Source of the DNA: Octopus vulgaris
Taxonomy: Eukaryota
Direction of reading: 5' to 3'
Assembly (NCBI GenBank): GCA_951406725.2
Contig: OX597841.1
Span: 12,214,001 to 12,278,000 of the forward strand
Length of the DNA stretch: 64,000 nucleotides
A program made the translations under genes and the position numbers. The notes beneath the pieces are model-generated. The model worked only from the letters and a program-made list of their open reading frames with translations. It was not told the DNA's origin and searched no databases. Below are positions 51,548 to 59,934 of this stretch, one piece after another (the first letter of the stretch is position 1; the number at the start of each line of letters is the position of its first letter).

Positions 51548-54500
51548 AATTAAAATATATATATAAATCAAATTAAAATAAAATAAAATCAAAATCGATG
51601 AACATCAATGGAATTTGTAGTTTTGTGGTACCAGTGCCGGTGGCACATAAGAAAACCATCCGTATGTGGCCGTAGCCAGTACCGCATCGACTGGCCTCCG
51701 TGCAGGTGGCACGTAACAAACACCATCCGATCATGGCCGTGCCAGCCTCGCCTGGCCTCCGTGCCGGTGGCACGTAAAAAACACCATCCGAGCGTGGCCG
51801 TTCGCCAGCCTCGTCTGGCACCTGTGTCCGTGGCACATAAAAAAACAACATCCGAGCATGGCCGTTCACCAGCCTCATCTGGCACCTGTGTCGGTGGCAC
51901 ATAAAAAGCACCCAGTACACTCACGGAGTGGTTGGCGTTAGGAAGGGCATCCAGCTGTAGAAACACTGCCAGATCTGACTGGTCTGGTGCAGCCTCCTGG
52001 CTTCCCAGACCCCAGTTGAACCGTCCAACCCATGCTAGCATGGAAAGCGGATGAAACGATGATGATGATAAATTAGAAATATTCCCTCATATCATTACTA
52101 TTATATATATATCATCATCATCATCGTTTAGCATCCGTTTTCCATGCTAGCATGGGTTGGACGGTTCTACTGGGGTCTGTGAAGCCAGAAGGCTTCATCA
52201 GGCCCAGTCAAATCTGGCTGTGTTTCTACGGCTGGATGCCCTTCCTAACGCCAACCACTCCGAGAGTGTAGTGGGTGCTTTTTATGTGCCACCCGCACAG
52301 GTGCCAGACAGAGCTGGCAAACGGCCACGAACGGATGGTGCTTTTTATGTGCCACCGGCACGAGGGCCAGGCCAGGCTGGCAACGGACACGAACGGATGG
52401 TGCTTTTTACGTGCCATCGGCACGAGGCCAGTCGGGGCGGTGCTGGCAACGGTCCCGAAACGGAAGGTTCTCTTACATGCCACCGGCACTGGTAACACAT
52501 CTGCAATTTCCATTGATCGATTCCAATTCTGATCCTCACTTGCCTCAACGGGTCTTCATATATTTTTTCGAGTTTCTTCTACATCTTTTGCCCTCTGGAA
52601 TCTGATTCTGAACGAATAGCTTATGTCTTTCAAATCCAGATATTGTCTTACAAGTTTTGTGACATCTGACACAAGTTGTAAGAGGCAGTTGGGGTTCAAG
52701 ATTATTAGAGTGTAAGCATCTTAAGAGAAGAGTTGGGCATAAGTGGAATTTACAAGCATATATCTGTCCGTGTGTCTGATGAGGAGGATGTAGTCAATCT
52801 GGCTGGTATGCACCCCGGATTGATAAGTGATCAGATGGTTGGCAGGTTTTCTGAAGTTAGATGAGCATCACAAAACTCCAGCAGCCTTATCCCCTCATCA
52901 TTTCAGGAACCAAAGCTGTAGCCTTCATGCACACCCTGGAATCCATCAGAGTGTTTTCCAACATGTCCATTGAAGTCCCTTGCCATAATGAGAACATCAT
53001 CTTTTGTCATCAAAGTAGTCCTCAGAAGGGGTTCGCAGAAGTAGTCCTTCTGAGCATTCGCATGCCCAGTGTGTGGAGCATATGCAGAGATAACTGACAG
53101 AGTTACATCAAACAAAGGTATCCTAAGATTAATAATCCTATCACATACCCTGACTACCTTGATCACCTTATCCGCCCATTTCTCTGCTAGTAAAATACCC
53201 ATACCTCCTAGGCCATCATTTTTGCCTACCCCAAAAAATTTGTATCTGTGTCCTTTGCCCATAAGCATTTTAGCTGAGGCTCCCCACCATTGTACTTCTT
53301 GGACACAGCATACATCTACATGTCTGCACTCAAACATCTCAACTATGTGTGTCTGTGTGTCTTTTGTCTGTGTTTGTCCCCTACCACCGGTTGACAAATA
53401 GTATTGATCTGTTTACATCTCTGTAACTTAACAGTTCAGCAAGAGACTGATAAAATAAGTACCAGGCTTATTGACCTGGTACTTATTTAAGTACTGGGGT
53501 CGATTTGTTTGATTAAACCCAATAAGGTGGTGCCCCAGCATGGCCACAATCTGATAACTGAAACAAGTAAAAATAAAAGATATAATCACCCCTGCAAAAC
53601 ATTCCCCTACCCCAATCTCCCTGGATCTCTTTCTCACCTCCAAACTCCATTTAACCTAAACTACAAACCTCTCATCTCCTCCCTAAACATCATCCAACCC
53701 CAAAATTCTGCCATAGTCTGCAGCACCCTGTGGAACTTCAGGTCAGATGACTTGTGGGTACTCCACTGGTTTTATCGTAACTACCCCTATCATCATTTAA
53801 CATCAGTTTTCCATGCTGGCATGGGTTTGACCAGAGCTGGTACAGTCAGGGCCCACATGAGGCTCCATGGTTAATGCCCTTCCTAATATTAAGAACTTCA
53901 CAGGGTGCACTGGGTGCTTTTTACGTGGCACCAGCACTGACGGGGGTCATCAAGTAACTTGTAAGACAAAAACCTCTTCAGCTGGGAAGAGGAAAAAGCT
54001 TGGCAGCTTACCAAAACTAGCACTCTGGGCATGTCCCTCCACAGCCCTGACCCAACAAAAAATTCTATGCCGCAAGAGGTCCACTCATAATTCAAGTTAC
54101 TTAAGCAAAAAGCAACATCTGGCAAAACTTACCCATCACCCACCCAACTGGATGGCATTTACCCAGCAACACACATTTGCAAAGTCACAATCCAATTCAC
54201 AAAACATGACTTAATATGTTTAACAGCCCTCAACTATTTCTACCTTTCAACCTGCAACCAATCCCTTGGGTTCTTTACCAAAAATATTTCCACCCTTTTT
54301 ACAGAATTTTTTTACCTCCAATATCACAACTATGATATTTCTGTGAGCAGAAACCCCATAGAGGAAGCTTCCATCTTCACTCCCTGATTCCCAGCCAACT
54401 CCACACAACACAGATTTCACAAGTGTCCAACAATTCTATCTTCTGTTCCACCCTGCATACACACAAGTCAAGTAGAGAAGTACCTTTGGTCACCAGTCCT

Positions 54501-56120
54501 GATGGTGTCCTTTTCCATGAGTCACAAACACTATATCCCCAGACATAGCCCCTACACATACCAAACTCAACAATCTCTCCCTTTAGACAGGGATCAACCT
54601 TAATCTTTGGAAACAGTGTACCCATCTCCAAGAAGGGCAACCCATCTGACTCCTGCTAATTATTGGTTTCAAATTTTAGCACAAGTCCAGCAATTTTTTT
54701 TTTGGTGGGGGGGCAAGTCAACCATAGTGATATGAACCAAAGGTGTGCACAGGTGACAGTTTGGCACAAAGAGTTGCTAGAAGACTGTTGAATCACCAGA
54801 ACACATTAGGGACCTCCTCTAATTAAGGCAGTGAGGTTAGGCTGTATACCCCTTGCTGGGGATCCATTACCCAGGACAGGGGACTACATTAGGTTCTGTG
54901 AGTCAGAACCAGCTGGGCTTGATGGACTTTTCATGCCTTAAAGCAGTGACAGATCCCTCCCACATTTAAAACCTGCTTCACTCATGAACGAACATGAAAG
55001 TCTGCAGCTGTAAAGTCCTTCAGGGACAGACCTCCATAAAGCTTTTTGTGAAACACCATCAAACTGGCAAAAGAACTGGCATTTCAGATAGAACGCTTTT
55101 CTATGTTCTCAGTTCAAATTCCACCAAGGTCAACATTTCCTTCCATCCTTCCCTGGTCAATATAAAACTATACCAATCTAGAGCAGTGATTGGGGGAACT
55201 GGATGCCTTAGGGTTCATTCCAACCCTTTGCATCCCAAGTTCAAATTCCCCCCCTGGCCCACATGAGAGGGAGACAATTTATCATCAGGTATTTTTAGCA
55301 GAAGAGTCTAGGACTCCAACTGACTCCATTTCTCTTTGACCACTCACCACACAAAAAAAAAAAAACAATCAAAGAGACCCTGTAATGGGTCGGGAGCACT
55401 GCCTTCCTTTCTGACTTGAATGTCAGTCTCCTGTCTGTGCGTCACTGATGATGTCGGAGAGGAAAGCAAAGCTGGTCCCAGTGTCATCAAAGGCATTAGT
55501 CAGAATAAATATTGCAAAGGCAACTAACCTGACCCTGAAACAGGTCCACCAATTCGCTGCTCTAGATTGGGGCCATCAACCCCTGAAAGGAAGAGCAGCA
55601 AAGTTTATCACAGCAAGATTTGAACATTGAGTTTAGAGGGTTGGAGTTAATACCAAAAGGTATTCTATTTGACACCCTAATGATAGCTACTTCACACTCT
55701 CACCCTCAATCCCAGTAAATACAACAAAAGGGCTGATGACAGGAGGGGATAGTGAGACACAGAATCCCTGCTATCCACAAAAAAGTTGGTAGTTTGCTCT
55801 GTTTGATTTTATAATAAAGGGCTGCAACCAACATATTGGAGGAGAGGAGTCATAAAGTCAGAAGCAAGCATTGAGTTCCTAGAGTCAGAGTCTATAAAAT
55901 TGTATTGACTCCAACTTAATGTAATATAAAGTAGGAAAATTCCTAATTTCACAGACAGGCATGAGCATGGTTGCTTCCAAACAACATGGTTCTGGTTTCA
56001 GTCCCACTGGATGGCACTATGAGAAGGTATCTGCTACCATAGCCCAGGCCAAGCAAAGCATTGCTTTCATGGATTTAGTAGATGGAAACCAAAAGAAACT
56101 CTTCATATACGTGCATACAC

Positions 56121-56151
<31 letters not shown>

Positions 56152-59100
56152 TCGCTTCGATCTGACATCATGTGAGAGTTGTAAACAAGTGCCACCATCC
56201 CTGCAAGTGAGCATTAAATGATGATGATAACATTTGAATTTGAAAATAAATTAAATTTAAGGGCTTTTATGAAAGACAATCTGACACAAGTAATTCTGTT
56301 TCTAAGAACAAGATGTTGATTTTGGGCGAAGGTCTTTGATTTAACGTCTGCTCAATAGATTGGAAAGGCTTAGTGTAGCTTAGTGATTTGGAAATTCGGC
56401 TCACAATCATAAGGTTGTAAATTCGATTCCCAGTGGAACACTGTGTCCTTGAGCGAGTCACTTTATTTCACATTGTTTCAGTCCACTCAGCTGGCAAAAA
56501 TGAGTTGTACATCATCATCGTTTAACATCTGCTTTCCATGCTGGCATAGTTTGGACAGTTTGACATAGTATTGGCTAGCAGGGTGCTGTCCAGATGGCAA
56601 CTGTCTGTTTTCGCATGGTTTCTAGGACTGGATGCTCTTCTTAATGGCACCAGCATGGCTACTTTTTAACTGGCATCAGCAACTGAATAAAGGACAAGCA
56701 TGAAAGTGTGGAAGACAGCAATTTTACAGAGATTGACTCATCAAGTACAGTAAATTGCTACATCTCCTGGTCCCTTGCCATTTCTTCATTGAGGACCAGC
56801 ATCTGAAGACCCTGTCTTACCACTTCATCCACCATTAGAGTGCAACACTTCTTCACACAGCTGTCCTTGTCCATACACATGACATGACCAAACCAACATA
56901 GTCTTCTCTCTTGCACACAACATCTGATGCCTCTTACACCCAGTTTTTCTCTTAAACCATTTACATTCTGTCGTGCATGCACACTGACATTACGCATCCA
57001 GCAGAGCATTTCTAGCTTCGTTTCTTTGAAACTTTTGCAACTCCTCTGTACTCAAAGCACATGTTTCACTGTCATGTAACACGGCTATATATACACAGCC
57101 AGCATACAATCTGCCTTTCACCCTGTAATTCAATAAGTCTAGCTTTGTCATATTCTGTGCCATGTTGAATCCCCCTGAGAACTACGTTAAGGGTATGCAT
57201 GTATATGGAGTACTCAACCACTTGCACATTAATTTCATGAGCAGGTTGTTCCATTGACCGGATCAATGGGAACACTCATACTCATAACTGACAAAGTGAC
57301 AGTGTTCTACAGATACTGGGTTTCTGGACTTACAAGTTCACAGTTGTGTGAGGCAAGTAAAGGGCTATGGGCATGGACCTTCTCCCACCAAATAAATATT
57401 ATTTAAAAAAGCAACAAAACAAGATTTAAGCCCATCATTGCAAAATTTGGATTTGATCAGCAAGAGTACTAAGTGGTACTCTCTAGAGTACCTGAGTGTA
57501 TTTAGGATTAGTGCTACTGGACTCTAGTGATACTCAGCTATAGAACCTACTGGTACTCCCCGCAGTCCCTCAGAGTACTAACTACAGAATTTTAAGGTGC
57601 CACACATAGTAACTTAGGCTGTCATCCACAGAATAAACAAAGGGTCCTCTATGCAACTGTTTGTCTTGCAAAAAAATAGCAGCCAGATCTCCAAATTACA
57701 TCCAAACCATTTTAAATAAAAGGGCAAACAGGAAAATGTGGAAGTGGGTCCTAGCAAATTGGGGAGGAAGAAAGGGTGATCATGGCTTGAACATCTTTGG
57801 ATAAAGACTGACCTGGGACTAAACAGTTAGGAAGGACACATTAGATAATGTAGTCCGAGATACACTATGCCTGAATAAAAGATGGGAACGTAATGGTTGG
57901 AACATCTTTGATCATAAGTCTGTTTGGTGCAGGCCAGACCTGGGGCTAAACAACCACAAACTACATTATCACACATCTGCCACCTTCAGACAGTCATATT
58001 GTCCTGACTTTATTGACCCCAACACCAAGGGATCTTGGGGTCAATAAAGTGATCCCCAGAATCAAGTGGTGTTCGGAATCACTCTTGGAAATATTGGGGC
58101 CAAGTCATTGCCGTGGGGGTCGCTTCTGACCTCCCTCCTCCCTCTCCACCTCTACCCAAAATCCGTCTCGATTAAATCGGAAAAAATTAAAAGACCCTAC
58201 GGGTTGCCCTTCTTGCTTTGACTAAACAATAAATAGATAAATAAATAATAGGAGACCGCGAAGGAAATGAACTTTTTAAGGTATTGAAAAAGCGAAAATC
58301 TGCGAACAATCCCCGACTAAAACGAGAGAAGCAAAAAAAAATTGAAAGAAACAAGAATTTGTTGTTGTTTGGTCTAAGATTAATCTTGATTGGTAATTTT
58401 CCAGCCGTGGCCATCCTGTTATACTGTCGTTTATATTTTCAGTCGTTCAACGCTGTCGATTGCTATTTAAGACAATAGGGCGTGGTTTGAGTAAGATTTA
58501 GCTGTGATTTCTAGCGAGCTGCAAGACTAGGCTGATATTCCCTAGCTACATCATGGGGCTAGGAACAAGTTCGAAGACAGGATTTCAAAAGAAACAGGAA
58601 CCAAAATCCAGGGATCGAAGTGGAGAGAAAAAAAAAAAACACCGTTTGATGGGTGTGTAATATGTACACACACACACACACACACGCGCGCCATGTGTGT
58701 AGACAGGCATTGACCAAAGATGGAATTATCGACACTTGCGTACACACAGTCAGGTGTATAGTATAAACAGCTATATATTAACACACAAATACATATATAT
58801 ACACCCACACAGCTCGGCATATAATTTATACAGCTATATATAAAAAAGACATTCTATATATATATATATACACACACACACAGCCAGTTACGTTTACAAT
58901 TAAATAGAAGCACATACACACGCGCACAAATAGCTAGGTATATAGTCTACAGTTATTAATATATACATAAGCATACACACACACAACTATGGAGTTATAT
59001 AAGCACATACATATACACACATACATGCACAAACTAGGTATATAGTTTATACAGTAAGTGCACTTAAAGACAGCTAGTTATATGTGCGTATGTATGTGTA

Positions 59101-59934
59101 TATATGTGTGCGTATACACATACACATTATATATAGTTTATATAAGCACACACACACGTGTGTATACAGCTGTTTGCCAACATATTTATACTTAAAAACA
59201 CAAGCGTGCATAATTAAATGTGTACACAATTATTTGACACAGCACATGCACCTAAGTATATATACATCATTATATATCTACAAAGACAGCATAATTACGC
59301 ACCTACAATTTTTACACACACACACACGTGCGTATATATATATATATATACAGGCGCATACGTTAGAAATGTATATTTTTCTTCCTTTTCCAAGTGATTG
59401 AAGAAGCCATGCTGCTGTTTAATGTAAATAGTGAGGGGGGGTTAAGATGGTAGGGGAGATCGAGGAGAGAGGGAATCAGAATGTGTTTATGAGAGGCAGA
59501 TTGATAGGGAGAGCATTGGAGAGGTTATTGGGAAGAGAGAGAGAGAGAGAAAGGGGAGATGAAGAGAAATGATGATGGTAATAAAAGGGGGTACTGACCT
59601 CAGGTCCGGTGAGGATATCATCCGAGTGTTCTGAGGGAGGTTTAAAGAAATCGAGGCCCGAGAGTCGGTTGTGGGGCAAAAGCTGGTCACCGCCGCCGCC
59701 GCCACCTCCACCACCGCCGCCGCCGACCAAAGACGACTCAGGAGACGTACGAAGTGATGACAGTTGTAATTGTGTGTCCAAATGGTCGTAGTTGGTGGTG
59801 GAGTGGTCATCGGTGAGGTAGGCGACCGCATCGTTCAGATCGTTCTTGCTGAAACGAAGAGCGTGACGGATGTCGGTTTCGCTGGGGAAACCCATGTTCA
59901 GCAGGGTGTCGACATGAGCTTCGTTCACCTCCAT
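137..59934 (-). CDS. USP24: Ubiquitin carboxyl-terminal hydrolase 24 orthologue, N-terminal 803 aa in 19 coding exons; gene continues beyond the left edge
   Basis: Spliced translation follows the USP24 N-terminus in order: UBA domain (LLNMGF...NDLNDAVAYL), EFPVTNLYELESRVF..WSIPYRKEESLGKCLLASTY, CMPEAFKKL, LRMLKSPHFNAKMNSLKEV, GNIDQAQYCDK, IIAAAAVKF, WNRAREIW. All 18 introns are GT-AG and phases close without a stop. Confidence 0.96.
1939..2050 (-). CDS. USP24: USP24 exon 18, 112 nt
   Basis: tttag|TCYEWFSRGIEDLDSEAVSQLFQKELLKLDPSVLSEK-G|gtcagt. Confidence 0.95.
2303..2635 (+). mobile_element. tRNA-derived SINE, family B
   Basis: Head TGGCTCGGTGATTAGAGC (A-box-like) and GAGTTCAATTC (B-box-like), then GTGTTCTTGAGCAAGACACTTTA; related copies near 25040-25320 (-), 30930-31145 (-) and 56368-56510 (+). 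Confidence 0.75.
2820..2882. repeat. 18-bp tandem repeat, about 3.5 copies
   Basis: (TGGGATTAAGAAAGAGGA)n. Confidence 0.9.
3292..3423 (-). CDS. USP24: USP24 exon 17, 132 nt
   Basis: tccag|YVSTHLNFLQYILQVGIQTLTWNRAREIWSTLVANVEACDWDKE|gtgagt. Confidence 0.95.
3656..4177 (+). mobile_element. Internally deleted mariner element
   Basis: TIRs TTAGGTTGTCTAGAAAGTTCTGAGC / GCTCAGAACTTTCCGGACAACTTAA, TA on both sides, remnant of the transposase N-terminus (MENQKFHIH..MLFFFKK). Confidence 0.85.
4330..5800 (+). mobile_element. Decayed L1/Tx1-type LINE ORF2 3' fragment; boundaries approximate
   Basis: Broken reading DGPVKLFGVWISLDLEIDKN followed by WFEKKLSLK, resembling the ILGVWF...W..R.LSL region after the RT core. 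Confidence 0.55.
5830..6215 (+). mobile_element. Two tandem SINE copies, family C
   Basis: GAGTTCAAATTC B-box followed by GTCGACT(C/T)TGCCTTTCATCC..GGGGTCGATAAAATAAGT body, joined by a (TTA)n tail; further copies near 17243-17600, 20110-20220 and 30715-30880 (-). Confidence 0.75.
6328..6471 (-). CDS. USP24: USP24 exon 16, 144 nt
   Basis: ttcag|GILYELNRNQDVVKLVTGSLLKCHKMAA...VDGRYTHSE|gtattt. Confidence 0.95.
6913..8757 (+). mobile_element. Defective hAT DNA transposon
   Basis: Perfect 8-bp TSD ATACATAC (6905-6912 and 8758-8765); TIRs TAGGCCTCG / CGAGCCCTA; broken transposase KVRKISKLFCKSPTKNEILQ...LILDCRTWWN (hAT LD.xTRWNS motif). Confidence 0.92.
7004..7118. mobile_element. Small TIR element nested in the hAT copy
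   Basis: GGATCTTTTCA ... TGAAAAGATCC terminal inverted repeats. Confidence 0.65.
8865..8948 (-). CDS. USP24: USP24 exon 15, 84 nt
   Basis: ttcag|GAWVLPALKQLLHLCKNISKQNLNKSDK|gtaagt. Confidence 0.94.
9179..10556 (+). mobile_element. 5'-truncated RTE-clade LINE (RT C-terminus, 3' UTR, (GAT)n tail)
   Basis: 298-aa open frame GLRVNLAKTK...YLGDQ...LHGSETW...RLRWYGHV...GRPRKTW; (GAT)n tail; near-identical to the 41617 copy. Confidence 0.95.
10568..11020 (-). mobile_element. tRNA-derived SINE, family A
   Basis: Same layout as 31621-32028: head with GGTTCAGTCCC B-box, internal (TA)/(CA) microsatellite, A-rich tail. Confidence 0.85.
11616..11777 (-). CDS. USP24: USP24 exon 14, 162 nt
   Basis: ttcag|VLELLWDLSHLPALSTHLIEQALNEHLLILSDSYIVKEQVKRHYVMKCVEDIKK|gtatgt. 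Confidence 0.96.
12884..14397 (+). mobile_element. Non-autonomous Helitron
   Basis: 5' TC after A; (GTCT)n near the 5' end; 3' hairpin TATGACCCGGC-AAC-GCCGGGTCATA (14366-14390) then CTAG before T; no TSD. Confidence 0.85.
15165..15260 (-). CDS. USP24: USP24 exon 13, 96 nt
   Basis: tacag|KWQDDNDRVREKLLSLIGKIGKDARVTKTTTR|gtcagt. Confidence 0.95.
15458..15565 (-). CDS. USP24: USP24 exon 12, 108 nt
   Basis: tgcag|NGQSNNVIENIYSIIAAAAVKFDAQQLEQLFFLIQK|gttagt. Confidence 0.95.
16949..17052 (-). CDS. USP24: USP24 exon 11, 104 nt
   Basis: cacag|(G)NIDQAQYCDKVKGIVDFLGSKLSLDELTMIWKMQ|gtaaat. Confidence 0.96.
17833..17944 (-). CDS. USP24: USP24 exon 10, 112 nt
   Basis: ttccag|VSKLIDDATVSKLKTAIHSDRILNFLVDKRVLAIALE-G|gtaagt. 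Confidence 0.95.
19197..19341. repeat. Perfect 14-bp minisatellite, 10.4 copies
   Basis: (GCTTACAATGTGTT)10 GCTTA. Confidence 0.97.
19772..19930 (-). CDS. USP24: USP24 exon 9, 159 nt
   Basis: cacag|KVGSVSELLASMKLLCM...DDLRLDVALRMLKSPHFNAKMNSLKE|gtaaca. Confidence 0.96.
20385..20616 (+). mobile_element. RTE 3'-end-only copy with (GAT)n tail
   Basis: GGCGTTAGGAAGGGCATCCAGCCGTAGAAAC...CGTTAAACGATGATGAT shared with the RTE LINEs; similar pieces at 25378-25503 (-), 32262-32600 (-), 35395-35735 (+) and 51150-51510 (+). Confidence 0.9.
21917..22057 (-). CDS. USP24: USP24 exon 8, 141 nt
   Basis: ttcag|SMAALLRPFGTCADFLNP...YVQSLEEKDFKEK|gtaagt. Confidence 0.95.
22112..23404 (+). mobile_element. Full-length decayed Tc1/mariner element, DD37D (maT)-type
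   Basis: TIRs CAGGGTGTCCCAGAAAGATTTAYCCAT; left TA; IWSNAKIF...QDRAPAH...WPP...NPMD with 37 residues between the last two Asp after correcting one frameshift. Confidence 0.88.
24220..24285 (-). CDS. USP24: USP24 exon 7, 66 nt
   Basis: tttag|FAYKKGFEYVKKHLESDDLDAP|gtaagt. Confidence 0.92.
24601..24989 (-). mobile_element. tRNA-derived SINE, family A
   Basis: Reverse complement aligns along its length with 31621-32028. Confidence 0.9.
25639..25674 (-). CDS. USP24: USP24 exon 6, 36 nt
   Basis: tgtag|DPYGWLTNLINR|gtaagt; corresponds to the EPHGWVVDLVNK segment of vertebrate USP24. Confidence 0.92.
25706..25917. mobile_element. TTAA-flanked MITE (piggyBac-like ends)
   Basis: TTAA|CCCTTTAACATT ... 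AATGCTGAAAGG|TTAA; same family as 47259-47478. Confidence 0.8.
27075..28056 (+). mobile_element. Family A SINE split by an inserted RTE 3' fragment (about 27243-27832)
   Basis: SINE head 27075-27240, RTE GRLKKTLDAVVKH remnant with 3' UTR and tail, SINE body resumes near 27835. Confidence 0.8.
28651..28776 (-). CDS. USP24: USP24 exon 5, 126 nt
   Basis: tgtag|AFDQDAVFHFKNRARQCDKTYWKDKFPNGELYAVNCSGAGKN|gtaaga. Confidence 0.94.
30533..30676 (-). CDS. USP24: USP24 exon 4, 144 nt
   Basis: ttgcag|LMTYPAVHRWTSEIQEGINNMLQLFIDLVVARLKHLPVPIGLLDVLTM|gtgagt. Confidence 0.95.
31621..32028 (+). mobile_element. tRNA-derived SINE, family A, near full length
   Basis: GGCACAGGAGTGGCTGTGTGGTAAG head, GGTTCAGTCCC B-box, central microsatellite, (AAAGAGT)n tail. 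Confidence 0.9.
32650..33575 (-). mobile_element. Non-coding retroelement-like repeat with a partial tandem terminal duplication (unit about 780 nt); Penelope-terminal-repeat or retrozyme-like
   Basis: 32725-32791 is repeated at 33508-33574; flanked by (TA)n; same family at 63333-64000 (+); carries a hammerhead-type core. Confidence 0.7.
32746..32817 (-). ncRNA. Predicted pseudoknotted hammerhead ribozyme, second element family
   Basis: CCGGAUC gga GUGAU-C^UCAAGA uua UUCAG CC GAAAUUGU gaggau GAUCCGG UUCUUGA CUGAAGA UUGAA. Confidence 0.62.
33865..34080 (-). mobile_element. Family A SINE, 3' half
   Basis: Matches 24601-24810. Confidence 0.85.
34130..34600 (+). mobile_element. Decayed RTE-type LINE fragment from a different family
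   Basis: VLTSLLYDAETCTLYQKHTNQLDAFH...QLRWSGHL. Confidence 0.8.
35117..35184 (-). CDS. USP24: USP24 exon 3, 68 nt
   Basis: ttccag|(G)FADTNEHCKRFMTQCMPEAFKK|gtaaac. Confidence 0.95.
36040..37865 (-). mobile_element. 5'-truncated, frameshifted RTE LINE
   Basis: QFGFVPGKNTTDA, VHQGSVL, ELLYADDL, LHGSETW motifs plus 3' UTR and tail. Confidence 0.93.
39097..39317. mobile_element. TTAA-flanked MITE, second family
   Basis: TTAA|CCCTTTCATTAC ... GTAACGAAAGGG|TTAA; decayed relatives near 43874-44100 and 47075-47258. Confidence 0.85.
40002..40197 (-). CDS. USP24: USP24 exon 2, 196 nt
   Basis: ttctag|KSAKDP...EFPVTNLYELESRVFVDQWSIPYRKEESLGKCLLASTYFAEA-G|gtcagt. Confidence 0.93.
41617..43234 (+). mobile_element. 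Young 5'-truncated RTE LINE
   Basis: Uninterrupted 366-aa frame with GVHQGSVLSPLLF, YADDL and a Cys-rich insert; 3' UTR; (GAT)n tail; possible ATTTT target duplication. Confidence 0.96.
45270..46540 (-). mobile_element. 5'-truncated RLE-type non-LTR retrotransposon, HERO-like
   Basis: WKELWAWEQARTSFLIKSTFDVLPSPANL, zinc knuckle CRCG...HVLSGC, and restriction-like endonuclease RPDLVLW...ELTVPWEE...RKEKRY; one frameshift near 46126; about 420 nt of 3' UTR. Confidence 0.88.
45340..45404 (-). ncRNA. Predicted pseudoknotted (non-circularly permuted) hammerhead ribozyme in the HERO-like 3' UTR
   Basis: CCACGUC aaaa CGGU-A^GAGGAA ua GGGGC CC GAAACUG GACGUGG UUCCUC CUGACGA UGUCUU; intact CUGANGA, GAAA and GUA elements with helices I, II and III pairable. 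Confidence 0.62.
47259..47478. mobile_element. TTAA-flanked MITE
   Basis: TTAA|CCCTTTAATG ... ATGCTAAAGGG|TTAA. Confidence 0.85.
48415..49020 (+). mobile_element. Decayed Tc1/mariner (maT-like) fragment
   Basis: Remnant SDEENFDQD..SNRRNDRWL around 48925-48990; begins next to a (CA)n run. Confidence 0.65.
49652..50944 (+). mobile_element. Full-length decayed mariner
   Basis: TA-flanked decayed TIRs; WVPHLLT, MASVFGDAKG, HLDNAPAH and HPPYSPYLAP..DYHLF motifs. Confidence 0.9.
51575..52069 (+). mobile_element. RTE 3' UTR copy
   Basis: Aligns with 10185-10556; (GAT)n tail. Confidence 0.9.
52111..52558 (-). mobile_element. RTE 3' UTR copy, inverted
   Basis: Reverse complement nearly identical to 42817-43225. 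Confidence 0.92.
52765..53345 (-). mobile_element. RTE apurinic endonuclease domain fragment
   Basis: VDVCCVQEV...GILL...VISAYAP...DFNGHVG. Confidence 0.85.
54200..54665 (+). mobile_element. Decayed CR1/Jockey-type RT fragment; boundaries approximate
   Basis: SPDGV ... WK ... PISKKGNPSDSC-NY pattern resembling the GPDG...PI.KKGD...NY RT N-terminal motifs. Confidence 0.55.
56512..57125 (-). mobile_element. Decayed RTE LINE 3' fragment
   Basis: MLCWMRNVSVH...RRLCWFGHV...SCVKKC. Confidence 0.85.
57630..57960 (+). repeat. Dispersed repeat family ending in CTGGGGCTAAACAAC(AAC)n, two tandem units
   Basis: GATAATGTAGTC..GATACACTATGCCTGAATAAAAGATGG body recurs at 25-85, 17605-17800, 20810-20930 (-) and 21565-21770. 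Confidence 0.75.
59599..59934 (-). CDS. USP24: USP24 coding exon 1 (UBA domain plus Gly12 tract), 336 nt
   Basis: MEVNEAHVDTLLNMGFPSETDIRHALRFSKNDLNDAVAYL...DILTGPE; start context ACAATGG; donor GAG|GTCAGT. Confidence 0.92.

Noticed and set aside
51625-51915. Repeat-spacer pattern resembling a CRISPR array
   Set aside because: The spacers are similar to each other, the array is part of an RTE 3' UTR in a eukaryotic intron, and there are no cas genes.
59609-59791. Poly-Pro antisense ORF
   Set aside because: It mirrors the Gly codons of USP24 exon 1 and has no independent support.
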